DNA from: Mobula hypostoma | Taxonomy: Eukaryota | NCBI RefSeq assembly: GCF_963921235.1 | Contig: NC_086108.1 | Location: 42,224,001-42,288,000, forward strand | Length of the DNA stretch: 64,000 bases | Direction: 5' to 3' | Notes under the pieces: model-generated | What the model was told of the DNA's origin: nothing | The model's input: only the letters and a program-made list of their open reading frames with translations | Databases searched by the model: none | Position numbers and translations under genes: made by a program | Shown: piece after piece, positions 1 through 12,828 of the stretch | Position numbering within the stretch: the stretch's first letter is position 1 | Layout of the letters: each line of letters begins with the position of its first letter

Positions 1-200
1 TAACCTGCAAGTCACCCTTAGGTAAGGTGTAGCACCTACTTAGCCCCCCAATCAGGGTTTCGCGAAGCCAAGCAAGCAGTTGGCGGATGGTCGTATGAGC
101 ATTTGGTGCATGTTTCAAGTCCAGGTTATGCGACCAGTGGCACCAGGCAGACAATCGCTGAAGAGCATTGATACGGCTGGGGTCACCTGTCTTGTAAATT
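1..200 (+). repeat. Partial interspersed repeat (SINE/RTE-associated non-autonomous element, truncated by window edge)
   Basis: GC-richer island that ends abruptly against AT-rich DNA. Resembles chondrichthyan SINE/RTE-tail sequence by recognition only. Confidence 0.3.
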
Positions 201-649
201 TGCAGAATATAATATCAGGCCATCCATAAAAATAGGAAAATCAAAAAGTTCAGGAGATTGGTATTGTTTTACTTCGAGTATTCTTAGCTTTGTTTAATAT
301 ATTGTACAGATACTTATATACAGCCATTGTATTGCATTTGGCAATTGCAACATAGAAGTATGTCAGTGTATTCACAACTCTGAGCTACTGTATTCTGCTC
401 ATTCACTGATCCTTTTTATTAAACCTCTGAGGAACAGCCAGGTAAAAGTAGCCTTTTACCTACCCTCCTTTCATTTCATTCAACCTTTTTTAGAAAAAAA
501 CTTAATTCATCCATATAGACACACGACACCGACTACAAGAGTTGGAATATCATGTTGCAACTGCACGTTAATTGAAATAGATGATCTTGTTTGGCAGACA
601 TATATATGGGTCCCCTTCTGCGCTGTATCACTCTGACCTGCTGAATATT

Positions 650-1500
650 TAGAACATAGAACGGTATAGCAGAGTATGGGCCTTCTGACACTATGTTGTG
701 TCAACCTATATAAGCATACATCATAGTCAATCTAACTCTTCCCTCCTATACAATTCACAGCCCACTATTTTTTCCACATACACATGCTCTGTCTAAGAGC
801 CTTTTAAATATCCCATTTATTAGCCTCTACCAACCCCCCCCAGCAGTGTTTTCCATGCTCCCACCACTATCTGTAAAAAAAAATAATCAAATCCACCTCT
901 GACATCTCCCGTAAGCTTCCCTCCACCACCTTAAGTGGATGTCATCTAGTATTGGCCATTGCAGCACTGGGAAAATGGTATTGCTTATCTACTATGTCGC
1001 TCATAATCTTGTATTCTACTATCAAGTCGCTTCTTATCTGTCACCCCAAAGAGAAAAGCCCGAGCTCGCTCAACATTTCCTCATGAGGCATATTCTCTAG
1101 CATTCCAGTAAATCATCTCTGCACCCCCTTTAAAGCTTCCACATCTTTCCTATAATGATGTTACCAGAAATGAACAAAATACTCCCAAGTGTGGTCTAAC
1201 CAACTGCAACATTATCTTGTAGCTCTTCAGATTAATTTATTTATCACAGGTACATTGGAGCTTCGTTTTCGTTAACAACCAACACAGCCCAAGGATGTGC
1301 TGGGGGGTAGCCCTCATGTGTTGCCGTACGTTCCAGCTCTTGAACACAATTACCCAACAAATGAAGGCTAACACATCACTGGCTTTCTTAACCACCCTAT
1401 CAACTTTCACAGCTCCTTCGAGGGATCTTGCACCCTAAGATCCCCCTGTTCTTCCACACTGCTGTGAATCACACCATTGACCTTTTACTTTGCCTTTTGA
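650..1500 (-). mobile_element. CR1 LINE 3' fragment (decayed), with a small nested insertion at 1228-1334
   Basis: AGAACATAGAAC tail at the left end and reverse-complement similarity to the CR1 3' ends at 8690-9157 and 38850-39375. The nested piece is flanked by AGCTCTT at 1221-1227 and 1335-1341. Confidence 0.7.
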
Positions 1501-2707
1501 ACAATTTCTAATTCTATTGCAGATTTCCACTGTTAGTGGTCTTTTATCATCTCACAACAATGCTGAAAGAACTTTCATTTTCTATTCTATTCAATTTTGT
1601 AAGCTGTGATTCCTCATCCTAGATATGTCTACTGTTTAGAAAAAAAAACATTTTTTCATTCCATGTTCTGTTTTCCTTAATTGAAATATTTGTGTTACAA
1701 ACCATAGCTGGCCCATTATTCTACAGATAAAAAAACAGGGTTTTCAACTCAGTCGTTGTCTGATATGAGGCTACACAAGAACAATGTTAAAGTAAATTCC
1801 TTCTGTATTAAAATTTAGTTATCTTTCCCAAAGTCTGGATTACATGATTACAGGAGGTGCTCTTAAAATCAGCTTAATCTGAGGTGTTGCCCTTATAGCC
1901 TGTACATGTACACACCCAAATGTAACTCGGGATTCGGAGATTGACATTCTGTGATGCAAGCCATTCTGTTAGATTATGGTAGACCTGAGTCTGAACTCCA
2001 TTCTTCCACCTTGCTTCTGTAACCCTTAATTTCTCTCGCCTAAATGAAAATCCATGAATCACAGTTCTCAATTTTGTTTTTGACAGAACATTAATGAGTT
2101 AGTTAAGTGGAGTATCATAATTTGAATTTGCTTTGGAAGAAAATACGTATACTGATCTAATTTCTGATTAACTTTCATGTGCTGGAGTCACATGCAAGAG
2201 GAAATGGCTTCTTCCCCTATCAGTACTGTTTCACTAGGTCATTCTCTTCTTATTCTGCTCGTTTGAAGGGAATATAAGCTTCAGGTATACAAGCTGTCCT
2301 TCTGATTCTGGTAAGCCTGTGATTCAGTCTTACCATAAGATGCCTTCAGCATCCTTAACATGACCTCTATCTCTTGTATTTCATCCCTCTTGGGTTAAAG
2401 TGTTTCCTGTTAGTAGCCTTTTGATCTGGCCAGAACATTTTTTCCAACTCCCCTTCCACAAACCAAATTAATTTTATTCATGGAATGTTTACAATTGTTA
2501 TTTGGATTTACTTGCATTGATTTCAGTCCATCACTTTTTAAACCATTTTCTTGGATCCTACCAATAACCATTGTAATTGACTTCGGTGGTCTTCGTAATT
2601 TTCATTTCCCAATCTGGCTCTTTTATACATGGTACCCCAGAAATGAATTTGTGTGCACACCACTATCTACATAGAACTTCTGTGAAAAATTGTCCTGAAT
2701 TTTTATT

Positions 2708-2914
2708 TGCAAACAACAGGAATTCTGCAGATGCTGGAAATTCAAGCAACACACATCAAAGTTGCTGGTGAACGCAGCAGGCCAGGCAGCATCTATAGGA
2801 AGAGGCGCAGTCGACGTTTCAGGCCGAGACCCTTCGTCAGGACTAACTTCTGACGCCTCTTCCTATAGATGCTGCCTGGCCTGCTGCGTTCACCAGCAAC
2901 TTTGATGTGTGTTG
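2708..2914. mobile_element. Penelope-derived short insertion with inverted terminal duplication
   Basis: Perfect 62-bp inverted repeat at 2746-2807 / 2854-2915. 14-bp direct repeat CCTGAATTTTTATT at 2694-2707 and 2915-2928. Sequence matches the 3' terminus of the Penelope copy at 17425-19128. Confidence 0.85.
2808..2845 (-). ncRNA. Minimal type I hammerhead ribozyme (intact core)
   Basis: Minus strand reads UAGUC-CUGACGA-AGG(GUCUCGG)CCU-GAAAC-GUC-GACUG. This gives stem I UAGUC/GACUG, a CUGANGA box, a 3-bp stem II, GAAA, palindromic ACGU in place of stem III, and a GUC cleavage triplet. Confidence 0.8.
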
Positions 2915-5758
2915 CCTGAATTTTTATTGTCTGTTTTCAGGCTTGCAATAAATTTTTAATTCAGGTTGCCACCATCATTATCGTTCTCACCCCATTCAGC
3001 ATCCTCACCACTATAATGACATTCCCATTATTCTTATCAAATAAACCATAGTTAGGAATCCTCATTTCTACAGTCTATTTCATTATGCCATCTATCATGC
3101 ATGTTATGCCAGGCAGGCAGATCTACTAAAAGAATGGTCCCAAATGCTGAGACATTCTACCGCACCAAATGCAAACGCTATCTCCTTGGCAATGCTGTTA
3201 GTAACAAACTGACTTGTGAGTAGACTTGTTCAGAGTGAATGCTGTACTTTGCTCAATTGCCAAAACTACCAGATTTCATATTAGCCAGTGAACATGTCTA
3301 TAAGATAGACCAATGAAAGTAAGTTCAGTGAAAAATTACCCTTGTTGTTTCAAGGCAAGTTTTTTTTTGTACAGTTGTTTCTACCTGGAGACTTTAATAT
3401 AGTTATGTTCAGCATTTCCGTTCTCTTCTCATCACTTTACTCAGCCTATTCTTCTGCAAACTATGTGAAAGGAAAATGATATGTGGCCTTTATTAATTAC
3501 ACTCAGCTGTTCATGATGAGTCACTGTCTTCTTTTCCCTTCTTCCAACATGTGTGCCACCAACTCACCTTCCCAGATCCTCTTGTTCTTTGCTGACATGA
3601 GAATTTGATCCTAAGTCAAGACATAGGTAGAATTTTAAAGTCGCCCATAGTACATCACAGTTTGATACATTGCAATCAAATCCTCAAAAAATTTCCCTTT
3701 CCTATTTTTTTTTGTGATTTAGTTTTGAAATCTACTGCAGTGTCTTTGGCAAGGTGATGGACCATCAATGACATTATATAAAAGGCCTACTTTAAATATT
3801 TAATTGAACGAAATGTAGAGGTCTGTGTATCTGAAGGCAAAGCAGCTTCTTACAGTAACCTGAGTACAGTACAGACATTGTCAGACCAATGGTAACAGAA
3901 TTCTGAAAGTGATTTATGTATGTATACAGTATGTGGTATTTATGCACCTTTGGAATTTTATTCTGTGGGTGTCCCATTTTTCACCAGTGAGTAATTGTAG
4001 GTTTATTTTTTATAACATAGTCTGAGGTGTTTAACTGGTTACTGGGTGGAGATACTTGCCAGATCTAGTTTAAAAACAAAGAAAGGATCTGATAGGAGCT
4101 AATGAAAACATGTTTGCTTAGAAAGCTACCAGGTGCTGTTAGAATTGAGTGGTAATTAGTGAGAGGGAGGTGATTTGGGCACAGAGCAGTAATTTTGCTA
4201 TGTTGATTAAAAAAATAGATGTCCTCATGCATTGTGTTGCCACAGCCACCTCTTGATGTTTTTTTTTCTTCAGACCAAATAAGGACACATTTGAGCTTGG
4301 CTGGGGTAAAATGAGCAATTACACTTCCTGCATGAGAAATCAGAGGTTAGGTAGCATTTGTGGAAGCAAAATCTTGTGCTGTGCAATTTTTTGCCCAGTG
4401 ACGACAACATGTGCGCACTGAATAATTTCCTCAATAAAAACAGTATAAATAAGCCCATTCTAAAATCTGCCCGACAAATCATCGCAAACTCCACGTTGTC
4501 AACTCTGTCCGCTTCAGAAACTGGAAAACAAAATGTGTTTGTGTACAGTAGTGAAATATACTTAACATGCCAATGAGATAGAGGGTGACAGCCTTTTGTG
4601 CACAGTCTAAACTCCTTTGTGTGCTGGTAGCAAAAGATGTGTTTGCACGCACACCTTAGAGGGAATGTTGTGTAGAACTATAATGCTGCATGAAACCAAA
4701 ACTCAAGAAGAGGCGATAAAGAGGGTTTTTTTTTATAACTTCGTGAATCAGTGTCAAATCAAGCTGATTACAAAACACAGCAAGCAAAAAAGGCATGTCT
4801 TGACAGACTAACCCACTAACATGCTATGGAATACTGTACTATATATATATATAAAGTTGTTTGAGTGTCTGTGTGTTGGGGGGAGTTGCTGCATGTGTGT
4901 TTCATATGGGATTCTTTAACTTCGGTCCATTAATTTGCATGTTGAAAGTCAACTCAGCCACAAAATTTTGACAGTTTATTTTTTTAGAATTAATACTTTG
5001 CAAGGTGAGGATTTAAAAAAAAGTTTAAAAAAGTTTCCCAGTTTTCCTGTCTCACAAGTTAGTTCTTCGCCAAAGCAGACTGCTGGACACATGCCAGACT
5101 GACAGCCCCATCCAGAAAAGACCTGCTTGGGTGATATATGTGGTGGGTCTCTCAGCAGATTTTTTTGTGTGGAGAAGGCACAAAAGTTAATGCTAACCTT
5201 CCAGTCCTGCCCCACTGCATAGTGGAATTGTTTGTTATGAAATAACCAGAGAGGATTTGTGGTAAGGGTGAAGTTGCTTCTCCAGAGAGCCAGAAGAAAA
5301 CTCAGAGAATGGGGCAGAAAATATTTTGTGAGCTTCTGAGTAGCCAGGTTAGGGGATAGGATTAGCAGACGCTGTGAAACAAACTTTGGAGCCTGCATTT
5401 GGAAGCAACAATTTTAAGTGGGGGAGCATTCAGTTCTTAGTCTGAAGAGCTGTGAATTATTTTTATCTTAAATCTCTTCAAATATATATCCATCTAATAT
5501 ATGTAGGAAATTAGAACTGCTTTCGTGTGACATAGTTGCCAATGCTCATGATAGCTGAGGGAATACCTTTGACTGAAAGTAGATTTCTACATGAACACCA
5601 TTAGTAGCTGACATGCATTGGCAAAGATGGGTAGGTCAGTCTGAAGATTTGAAGTACATTGATTCCAGTTAATTGGGACACATCGGGACTAGTACATTTT
5701 GGCTTAATTAAGTGGCTGTGCCAATTAGCCAAAGTTTCATGGAAATAGTTTAAAAGGT

Positions 5759-8700
5759 ATAGGTAGGAAAAGGGAGGAGGTCCTGAAAACATAGTACAGG
5801 GAGTTAGGAAAGAAGCTGAGAAGCAGGACCTCAAAGATAGTAATCTCGGGATTACTGCCTGTGCCACGCGACCCTGAGTATAGGAATAGAGTGAGATGGA
5901 GGATAAATGCGTGACTGAAGGATTGGAGCAGGGGGTAGGGATTCAGATTTCTGCATTGTTGGGACCTCTTTTGGGGCAGGTGTGACCTGTACAAAAAGGA
6001 TTGGTTGCACTTGAATCTCAGGGGGACCAATATTTTAGCGGGGAAGTTTGCTAAGGCTATTAGGAAAGTTTAAACTAGAATTGCTGGGAGGTGGTTGGCT
6101 CACAAATAGAGAAAGCTTGTAGACAGTATCAGAGGGAGGATAGGCAGGTGATAGAGAAGAGATACACTCAGACATGGTTTGAGATGTGTCTATTTTAATG
6201 CAAGGAGTATTGTGAACAAAGTGGATGAGCTTAGAGCGTGGATCAGTACTTGAAGCTATGATGTTGTGGCCATAACAGAGACTTGGATGGCTCAGGGGCA
6301 GGAATGGCTACCTAGAGTGCCAGGCTTCAGATGTTTCAGAAAGGACAGGGAGGGAGGCAAAAGAGGTGGGGGCATGGCACTGTTGATCAGAGATAGTGTC
6401 ATGGCTGCAGAAAAGGAGGAAGTCATGGAGGGATTGTCTACTGAGTTTCCATGGATGGAAGTTAGAAATAGGAAGGGGTCAATAACTCCACTGGGTGTTT
6501 TTTTTACAGACCACCCAATAGTAACAGGGCCATCGAGGAGCAGATAGGGAGACAGATTCTGGAACGGTGCAGTAATAACAGGGTTGTCATGATGGGAGAT
6601 GCATCTCCCTAGAGCAAGGGGTTTAGATGGGGTGGAGTTTGTTAGGTGTGTCTAGGAAGGTTTCCTGACACAGTATGTAGATACAAGAGGAGAGGTTGTA
6701 CTTGATCTGGTATTGGGAAATAAACCTGGTCAGGCATCAGATCTTTCAGTGGGAAAGCATTTTGGAGACAGTGTTCACAGTTCTATTTACTTGACCATAG
6801 CATTGGAGAGGGACAGGAACACAAATTAGGGAAGGATTTAATTGGAGTAAGGGGAAATATGAAGCTATCAGGCAGAAACTTGGAAGCATAAATTGGGAGC
6901 AAATGTTCTCAGGGAAATGTACGACAGAAATGTGGCAAATGTTCAGGGGATATTTACGTGGTGTTCTGCATAGGTACAGGGAAAGGATGGTAGGGTACAG
7001 GAACCGTAGTGTATAAAGGCTGTTGAAAATCTACTCAAGAAGAAAAGAAAGGCTTACGAAAGGTTCAAAAAACTAGGTAATGATAGAGATCTAGAAGATT
7101 ATAAGGCTAGCAGGAAGGAGTTTAAGTGAAATTAGGAGAGCCAGGAGGGGCCATGAGAAGGCCTTTGCGAGTAGGATTAAGGAAAACCCTAAGGCATTCT
7201 ACAAGTATGTGAAGAGCAAGAGGATTAGACGTGCAAGAATTGGACAAATCAAGTGTGACAGTGGAAAAGTGTGTATGGAACTGGAGGAGATAACGGAGGT
7301 ACTTAATGAATACTTTGCTTTAGTATTCGCTATGGAAAAGGACTTTCATGATTGTAGGGATGACTTACAGCGGATTGAAAAGCTTGAGCATATAGACATA
7401 GAGAAAGTGGATGTGCTGGAGCTTCTGGAAAGCATCAAGTTGGATAAGTTACTGGGACCGGACAGGATGTACCCCAGGCTACTGTGGGAGGTGAGGGAGG
7501 AGATTGCTGTGCCTCTGGCAATGATCTTTGCATCATCAATGGGGATGGGAGAGGTTCCGGAGGATTGGGAGGGGGTTGCAGATGTTGTTCCCTTATTCAA
7601 TAAAGGGAGTAGAGATAGCCCAGGAAATTATAGATCAGTGAGTCTTTCTTCAGTGGTTGTTAAATTGATGAAGATCCTGAGAGGCAGGATTTATGAATAT
7701 TTGGAGGGGCATAATATGATTAGGAATAGCCAATACGGCTTTGTCAAAGGCAGATCGTGCCTTATGATCCTGATTGAATTTTTTGAGGATGTGACTAAAT
7801 GTGTTGATGAAGGTAGAGCAGTATATGTAGTCTGTATAGGCAACGTAACTTCATTGGACATATGATTAGGAAAGAGGAGTTAGAATGCACGGTAATTATG
7901 GGAAAGATTGAAGGGAAGAAAGCAGGAGGAAGACAAAGACAAATGATGATGGAGACAGTAACCAGAGAACTGGAAATGAATACCAATGAATTGATCTACC
8001 TGACCCGAAACAGGAGTGTGTGGGCCATGGCAGTCACAGCACCTGATGATGATGGTGATATGGATTTTATCAAGGCCTTTGATAAGGTACCCCATGCAAG
8101 GCTTATTGAGAAAGTAAGGAGGCATGGGATCCAAGGGGACCTTGCTTTGTGGATCCAGAACTGGCTTGCACACAGAAGGCAAAGAGTGGTTGCAGATGGG
8201 TCATATTCTGCATGGAGGTCGGTGACCAGTGGTGTGCCAAATGGATCTGTTCTGGCACCCCTTCTCTTCATGATTTTTATAAATGACCTGGATGTGGAAG
8301 TGCAAGGATGGGTTAGTAAATTTGCTGATGACTCAGAGGTTGGGGGTGTTGTGGATAGTGTAGAGAGCTGTCAGAGGTTACAGTGGGACATCGATAGGAT
8401 GCAAAACTGGGCCTAGAAGTGGCAGAGGGAGCTCAAACCAGATAAGTGTGAGGTGGTTCATTTCGGTAGGTCAAATATAGTCGCAGAATATAGTATTAAT
8501 GGTAAGACTCCTGGCAGTGTGGAGGATCAGAGGGATCTTGGGGTCCAAGTCCATAGGACACTCAAAGCTGCTGCGCAGGTTGACTGTGTGGTTAAGAAGC
8601 CGTACAGTGTATTGGCCTTCATGAACCATGGGACTGAGTTCAAGAGCTGAGAGGTAATGTAATAGCTATATAGGACCCTGTTAAAATTATAGAAAGGGTG

Positions 8701-9157
8701 CAGAGAAGATTTACGAGGATGTTGCCTGGATTGGCGAGCATGCTTTATGAGAATAGGTTGGGTGAACTTGGCCTTTTCTCCATGGAGCAACGGAGGCTGA
8801 GTGGTGACCTGACTGAGCTGTATAAGATGATGAGAAGCATTGGTCATGTGGATAGTCAGAGGCCTTTTCCCAGGGCTGAAATGGCTAACACGAGAGGGCA
8901 AGTTTTAAGGTGTTGGAAGTAGGTGCAGAGGACATATCAGGGTTAAGTTTTTACCAGAGAGTGGTGAGTGCGTGGAATGGGCTGCTGGCAACAGTGGTGG
9001 AGGCAGGTATGATAGGGGACTCCTGGATAGGTACATGGAGCTTAGAAAAATAGAGGGCCATGGGTAACCCGAGGTAATTTCTGAAGTAAGTACATGTTCG
9101 GCACAGCATTGTGAGCTGAAGGGCCTGTATTGTGCTGTAGGTTTTCTATGTTTCTAT
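5759..9157 (+). mobile_element. CR1 LINE: 3' end of ORF1 (SGNH esterase-like) plus disrupted ORF2 (APE endonuclease + RT)
   Basis: ORF1 remnant ISGLLPVPR...LHLN..GTNIL; endonuclease AITETW, RKDREGGKRGGG; RT PGNYR.VSL, YGFVKGRSC, DF.KAFDKVPH, SGVP.GSVL, KFADD; TTCTATG-type tail. Many stops and frameshifts. Confidence 0.95.
7839..8057 (+). mobile_element. RTE (BovB-like) LINE 3' fragment nested in the CR1 RT domain
   Basis: Interrupts CR1 motif VY|MDF. Encodes FIGHMIRKEELECTVIMGKIEGKK.GGRQR, typical of the RTE ORF C-terminus, and ends in a (TGA)n tail. Confidence 0.8.
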
Positions 9158-9278
9158 AAAAAAGTCAAACTACTGTTTAGCTGAGTAACAAATTATATAT
9201 TTAAATAAAATACAGAACAAATTGAAGCATTACCCATACTACCACAATACTATAAAACTGTGAATTAGTTTCTATTAG

Positions 9279-9960
9279 ATTATGAGAACACTCAGTCCTC
9301 TTTTATTGTCATTTAGAAATGCATACCTGCATTAAGAAATGATACAATGTTTCTCCGGCGTGATATCACAGAAAACAAGACAGACCAAAGACTAACACTG
9401 ACAAAGCCACATAATTATAACATATAGTTACTGCAGTGCAAAGCAATAGCATGATTTGATGAAGAACAGTCCATAGGCACAGTAAAAAAAAAAATCTCAA
9501 AGTCCCGAGTCGATCGACTCCCGAGTCCCCAATAATGGCGGTAAAAGGGAGAAATTCCCTGCCATAAACCTCCAGGCACCGTCAACTTGCCGATACCTTG
9601 GAAGCAGCCGACCACAGCTGACACTGAGTCCATCCGTCCGAAAACTCCAAGTTTCCAAGCAACCTCTCCGATACAACCTCCCGAGCGCCATCCTCTGCCG
9701 AGCGCCTTCAACCTGTCCCCGGCCGCTGAAACACGCAAAGCTGAGGATTTCAAGGCCTACAGCTCCAGAGATTCTGGTTACCACACAGTAGCAGAGATAG
9801 CAAAGCAGACACTTCAGTAGTTTTCCAGATGTTCCGCTATACACTCACATCTGTCTCCATCAAATCAGGACTGTGCACGGTCCCCTACTTGACAGATAAC
9901 AGATATTCATCACCGGAGAGGCCGCGCGCACTGTCATCACGCCGCCATCTTCTCCCGTCG
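9279..9960 (-). mobile_element. Non-autonomous retroelement with 5' AAGATGGCG start, nested in the Tigger element
   Basis: CpG-rich island. Minus strand begins GGGAGAAGATGGCGGCG and ends AATAAAAGAGGACTGAGTGTTCTCATAATC. Candidate TSD TATTAG at 9273-9278 and 9962-9967. Confidence 0.6.
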
Positions 9961-11649
9961 ATATTAGTTATCGACGAAAGAATTCATCCAGTGTATGCTG
10001 CTGTGTTCTCTTGATTGACTGTAAAGGAACAAAATCAGCGCAAACACCTAGTGCAGAAAATGGACTGCTTTCATGCAATGCTTTCCACAGTTGCATCCTC
10101 CAAATCTTCATTTTCATTGTAATGTTCGTGATGTTTGTCAATACCTTTCAATTCTTCGTAATTCCTAACTTGCTGAAGTAGTGAAAACATTTCATTTTCA
10201 TTCCCAGCCGTTTCTGTCTTCTCCAAGCTTGAGTACTTGAAACCGCAGTGATCAAAACAGTTTTGAATTTTCTCACTGCTTACTTCTTGCCAACTATTAG
10301 TGACAAAAATCTCTGCTTTTTGAACACAAACATACACAACTGACACTCTTTGTAAACTGTTTGATCGAAGTATGGTGCCGTGCCTAACGGCCACACAAAT
10401 GCACATAACTGATGCTGTTCGTCAGTAGTCTCCTGTCACAATTAAGTAGCATTGTGTCCCAAGTAAGCAGCTGCCCCAGTTAACCGATTGCTCAATTAAC
10501 CAGAATCCACTGTATTGTAGTGGTGCAGCTCTGAGCTATCAGCCCAGCAAGCTCTTGTTTGTTTCATTTAGTTTCTACACACACTGCAGGGTCAGAGTAG
10601 TGCACAACAGAACACCAACTCCCTCACTGGTGTCATTTTCAGAGACTGTGGCTTGTACATGTTCTGCTGCTACTGGGACAAAAAGGCTGCATTCCTTCAT
10701 ATGGCAATCTCACCTCAAGCTAAAATGGGAAAGAAGTGAAACAGGTGTGACCAAGATATTTCTAACATTGATATTTTAAATAACCTCAGTGCTTTGAAAG
10801 AAAAAAAAATGAGGAATGTATCCTTTACAAGGAACTTCCTTGATGAGTAGGATATGCTACCTGTCATCCAAGTTGTTTGTGTCCACAGACGACAATTAAC
10901 AGGAAATATGTTTATTGATGAATTCTTTCAATTCCAGATCTATTATCCATGTAAGCTAAGTTTAATACAATAAGGCTATAAAACACATTTTTCTAGTCCT
11001 GGTGCTGAGATGTGGTTAGATTTTGTTCCATTGTTGGTTGTGACACAGTTTTGATGGGTAATTCCTTTAGGCATAATCTGGGAAGCCTGAGTTGCAAGCC
11101 AGAAATTGTGAATTGCTTCAAGGCGGTAATCTAGAAATGTCTAAATACCAGCATAGGACAACTCCATTAGATGTAACATGTAAGTGATATAGAATTGTTC
11201 CCTTATCCTCTTCCTTCCCTTTGTAGGAAGCTTGTCAGTCAATATTGAGCAAAGTAAATGCAGTGGAAGATAATTTGCCTCAGGAATTCTGCTAAACTAC
11301 TGTTAATCTGAATTACGCTGTGCCGAGTAGGTGGACATACAGTATTACATCTGCAATGAAATTTCCTCTGACCTCATTGTGTGAAACTATGAGAAAGTCT
11401 TCACATCACATATGCCTCAATATGAATAGGCACCCAAAGCTCTTTTCACTTGTTCCACCCATTGTAATTAACTGCAACAGCCAATTCATAAGGAGCATTG
11501 ATGGTCCAGCTCAAACAAAATCAACCATAACTTTGGGCACTAAGCAAAAGCAGTAAAACATCCAGAGTATATTGTAAGTTATATCTATCTATTGAGTGAC
11601 TTTGTCTCGTGGATTTTACAACACCAGAGTTGTTGGTAAAAATCTCAAG

Positions 11650-12748
11650 CTGTGGTGAGGAGGTGTTTGGAAGAGAGATGGTTAAGCTGGTTGAGTGGTG
11701 TTGCACAGCAGCCTCACATTCCATGTTAGCAACACCAAGGAATTGATTTCAGGACTTCAGGAAGGGGAAGAAGGGGAAAGGCACACCATTGAGAGTTCAG
11801 CAATGGAAAGGATGAGCAAGTTTCTGGGTGTCAGCATCTCAGAAGGTCTATCCTGGACCCATCACATTGCTGCAATCACAAAGAAGGCAAGCCAGCACCT
11901 GTACCTCATTAGGAGTTTGAACAGCTTTGGTACATAACCAAAGATTTTTGCAAAAATCTATAATGTATGGTGGAAAGCATTCTGATTGGTTGTATTATAC
12001 CTTGGTATAGAGGCTTCAATGCAGAGGATTGCAAGCGCTACAGAGGGCATTGCGGACCTCTTTAAGAGATGGTACTTCAAGAAACCAGTATCCATCACTA
12101 AAGATCATCATCGTATAAGGTGTGCCCTCTTCTTTAATACCTTTAGGGAGGAGGTACAAGAGCCTGTAGACCCACACTCAACTATTTAGGAACAATTTCT
12201 TTCCCTCAACCATTAGATTTCTGAACAGTCTATGAATGCTACTTAATTATTCCTTTTTATGAATTTGTATTTAGTAATTTCTAGTCGTTTATGCCCTTGC
12301 ACTGTACTGTTGCTGGAAAAAATACATTTCTCATCACTTCTCATTCTCATCAGCATCATCCATTGAGCAATATCATGAAGGATCCCACCCATCCTGCTTA
12401 TGGACTGTTTGTCCCACTTCCATCAGGGAAGAGACTACGCAGCATTCATGCCACTACCAGTAGATTCAGTAACAGTTACTTCTCCGAAGCCATCAGGCTG
12501 ATCAACACCTCCACCCATTGACTCATCCACCCCCCAGCACTACATGCTATATGTATATAACAGTTACTTGTACATTGTGTTATATAACATTGATTTCAGT
12601 GTGTTTATTTATGTTTTTTAATTGTGTTCTTTATGCTTATTGAGTTTTTTTTTAAAAAGCTGCATCAGATCCAAAGTAACAATTATTTTGTTCTTCTTTA
12701 CGTCCATATGCTGAAGAATGACAATAAGCAGTCTTGAATCTTGAATCT
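11650..12748 (+). mobile_element. Rex-Babar-type LINE 3' fragments (two pieces)
   Basis: Remnants NTKELI, KFLGVSISEGLSWTHHI..ITKKASQHLY and IMKDPTHPAYGLFVPLPSGKRLRS; (CTTGAAT)n tail at about 12733-12748. Confidence 0.7.
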
Positions 12749-12828
12749 TACCAATTAGTGACAATAAATCGGATTCTGATATATGCTAGAATTATGGCTG
12801 TTTACAAAACAATATATAAAATTACTTT

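Larger units (their letters stand above)
5657..10512 (-). mobile_element. Tigger/pogo-type DNA transposon deletion derivative, split by nested retroelements
   Basis: Degenerate TIRs CATTGATTCCAGTTAATTG (5657) and CAATTAACCAGAATCCACTG (to 10512), each flanked by TA. ORF 10071-10406 carries the pogo DDE C-terminal motif W..V....IQNCF..CGF. Pieces 5657-5758, 9158-9275 and 9962-10512 are collinear with the copy at 54140-54823. Confidence 0.8.

Noticed and set aside
140..200. CTGAAGA as a hammerhead box in the first repeat
   Set aside because: No downstream stem II plus GAAA and no stem I complement.
7862..8416. 184-aa ORF as a novel fusion protein
   Set aside because: Chance in-frame junction of an RTE tail and a decayed CR1 RT; no promoter or splice support, and flanking CR1 frames are broken.
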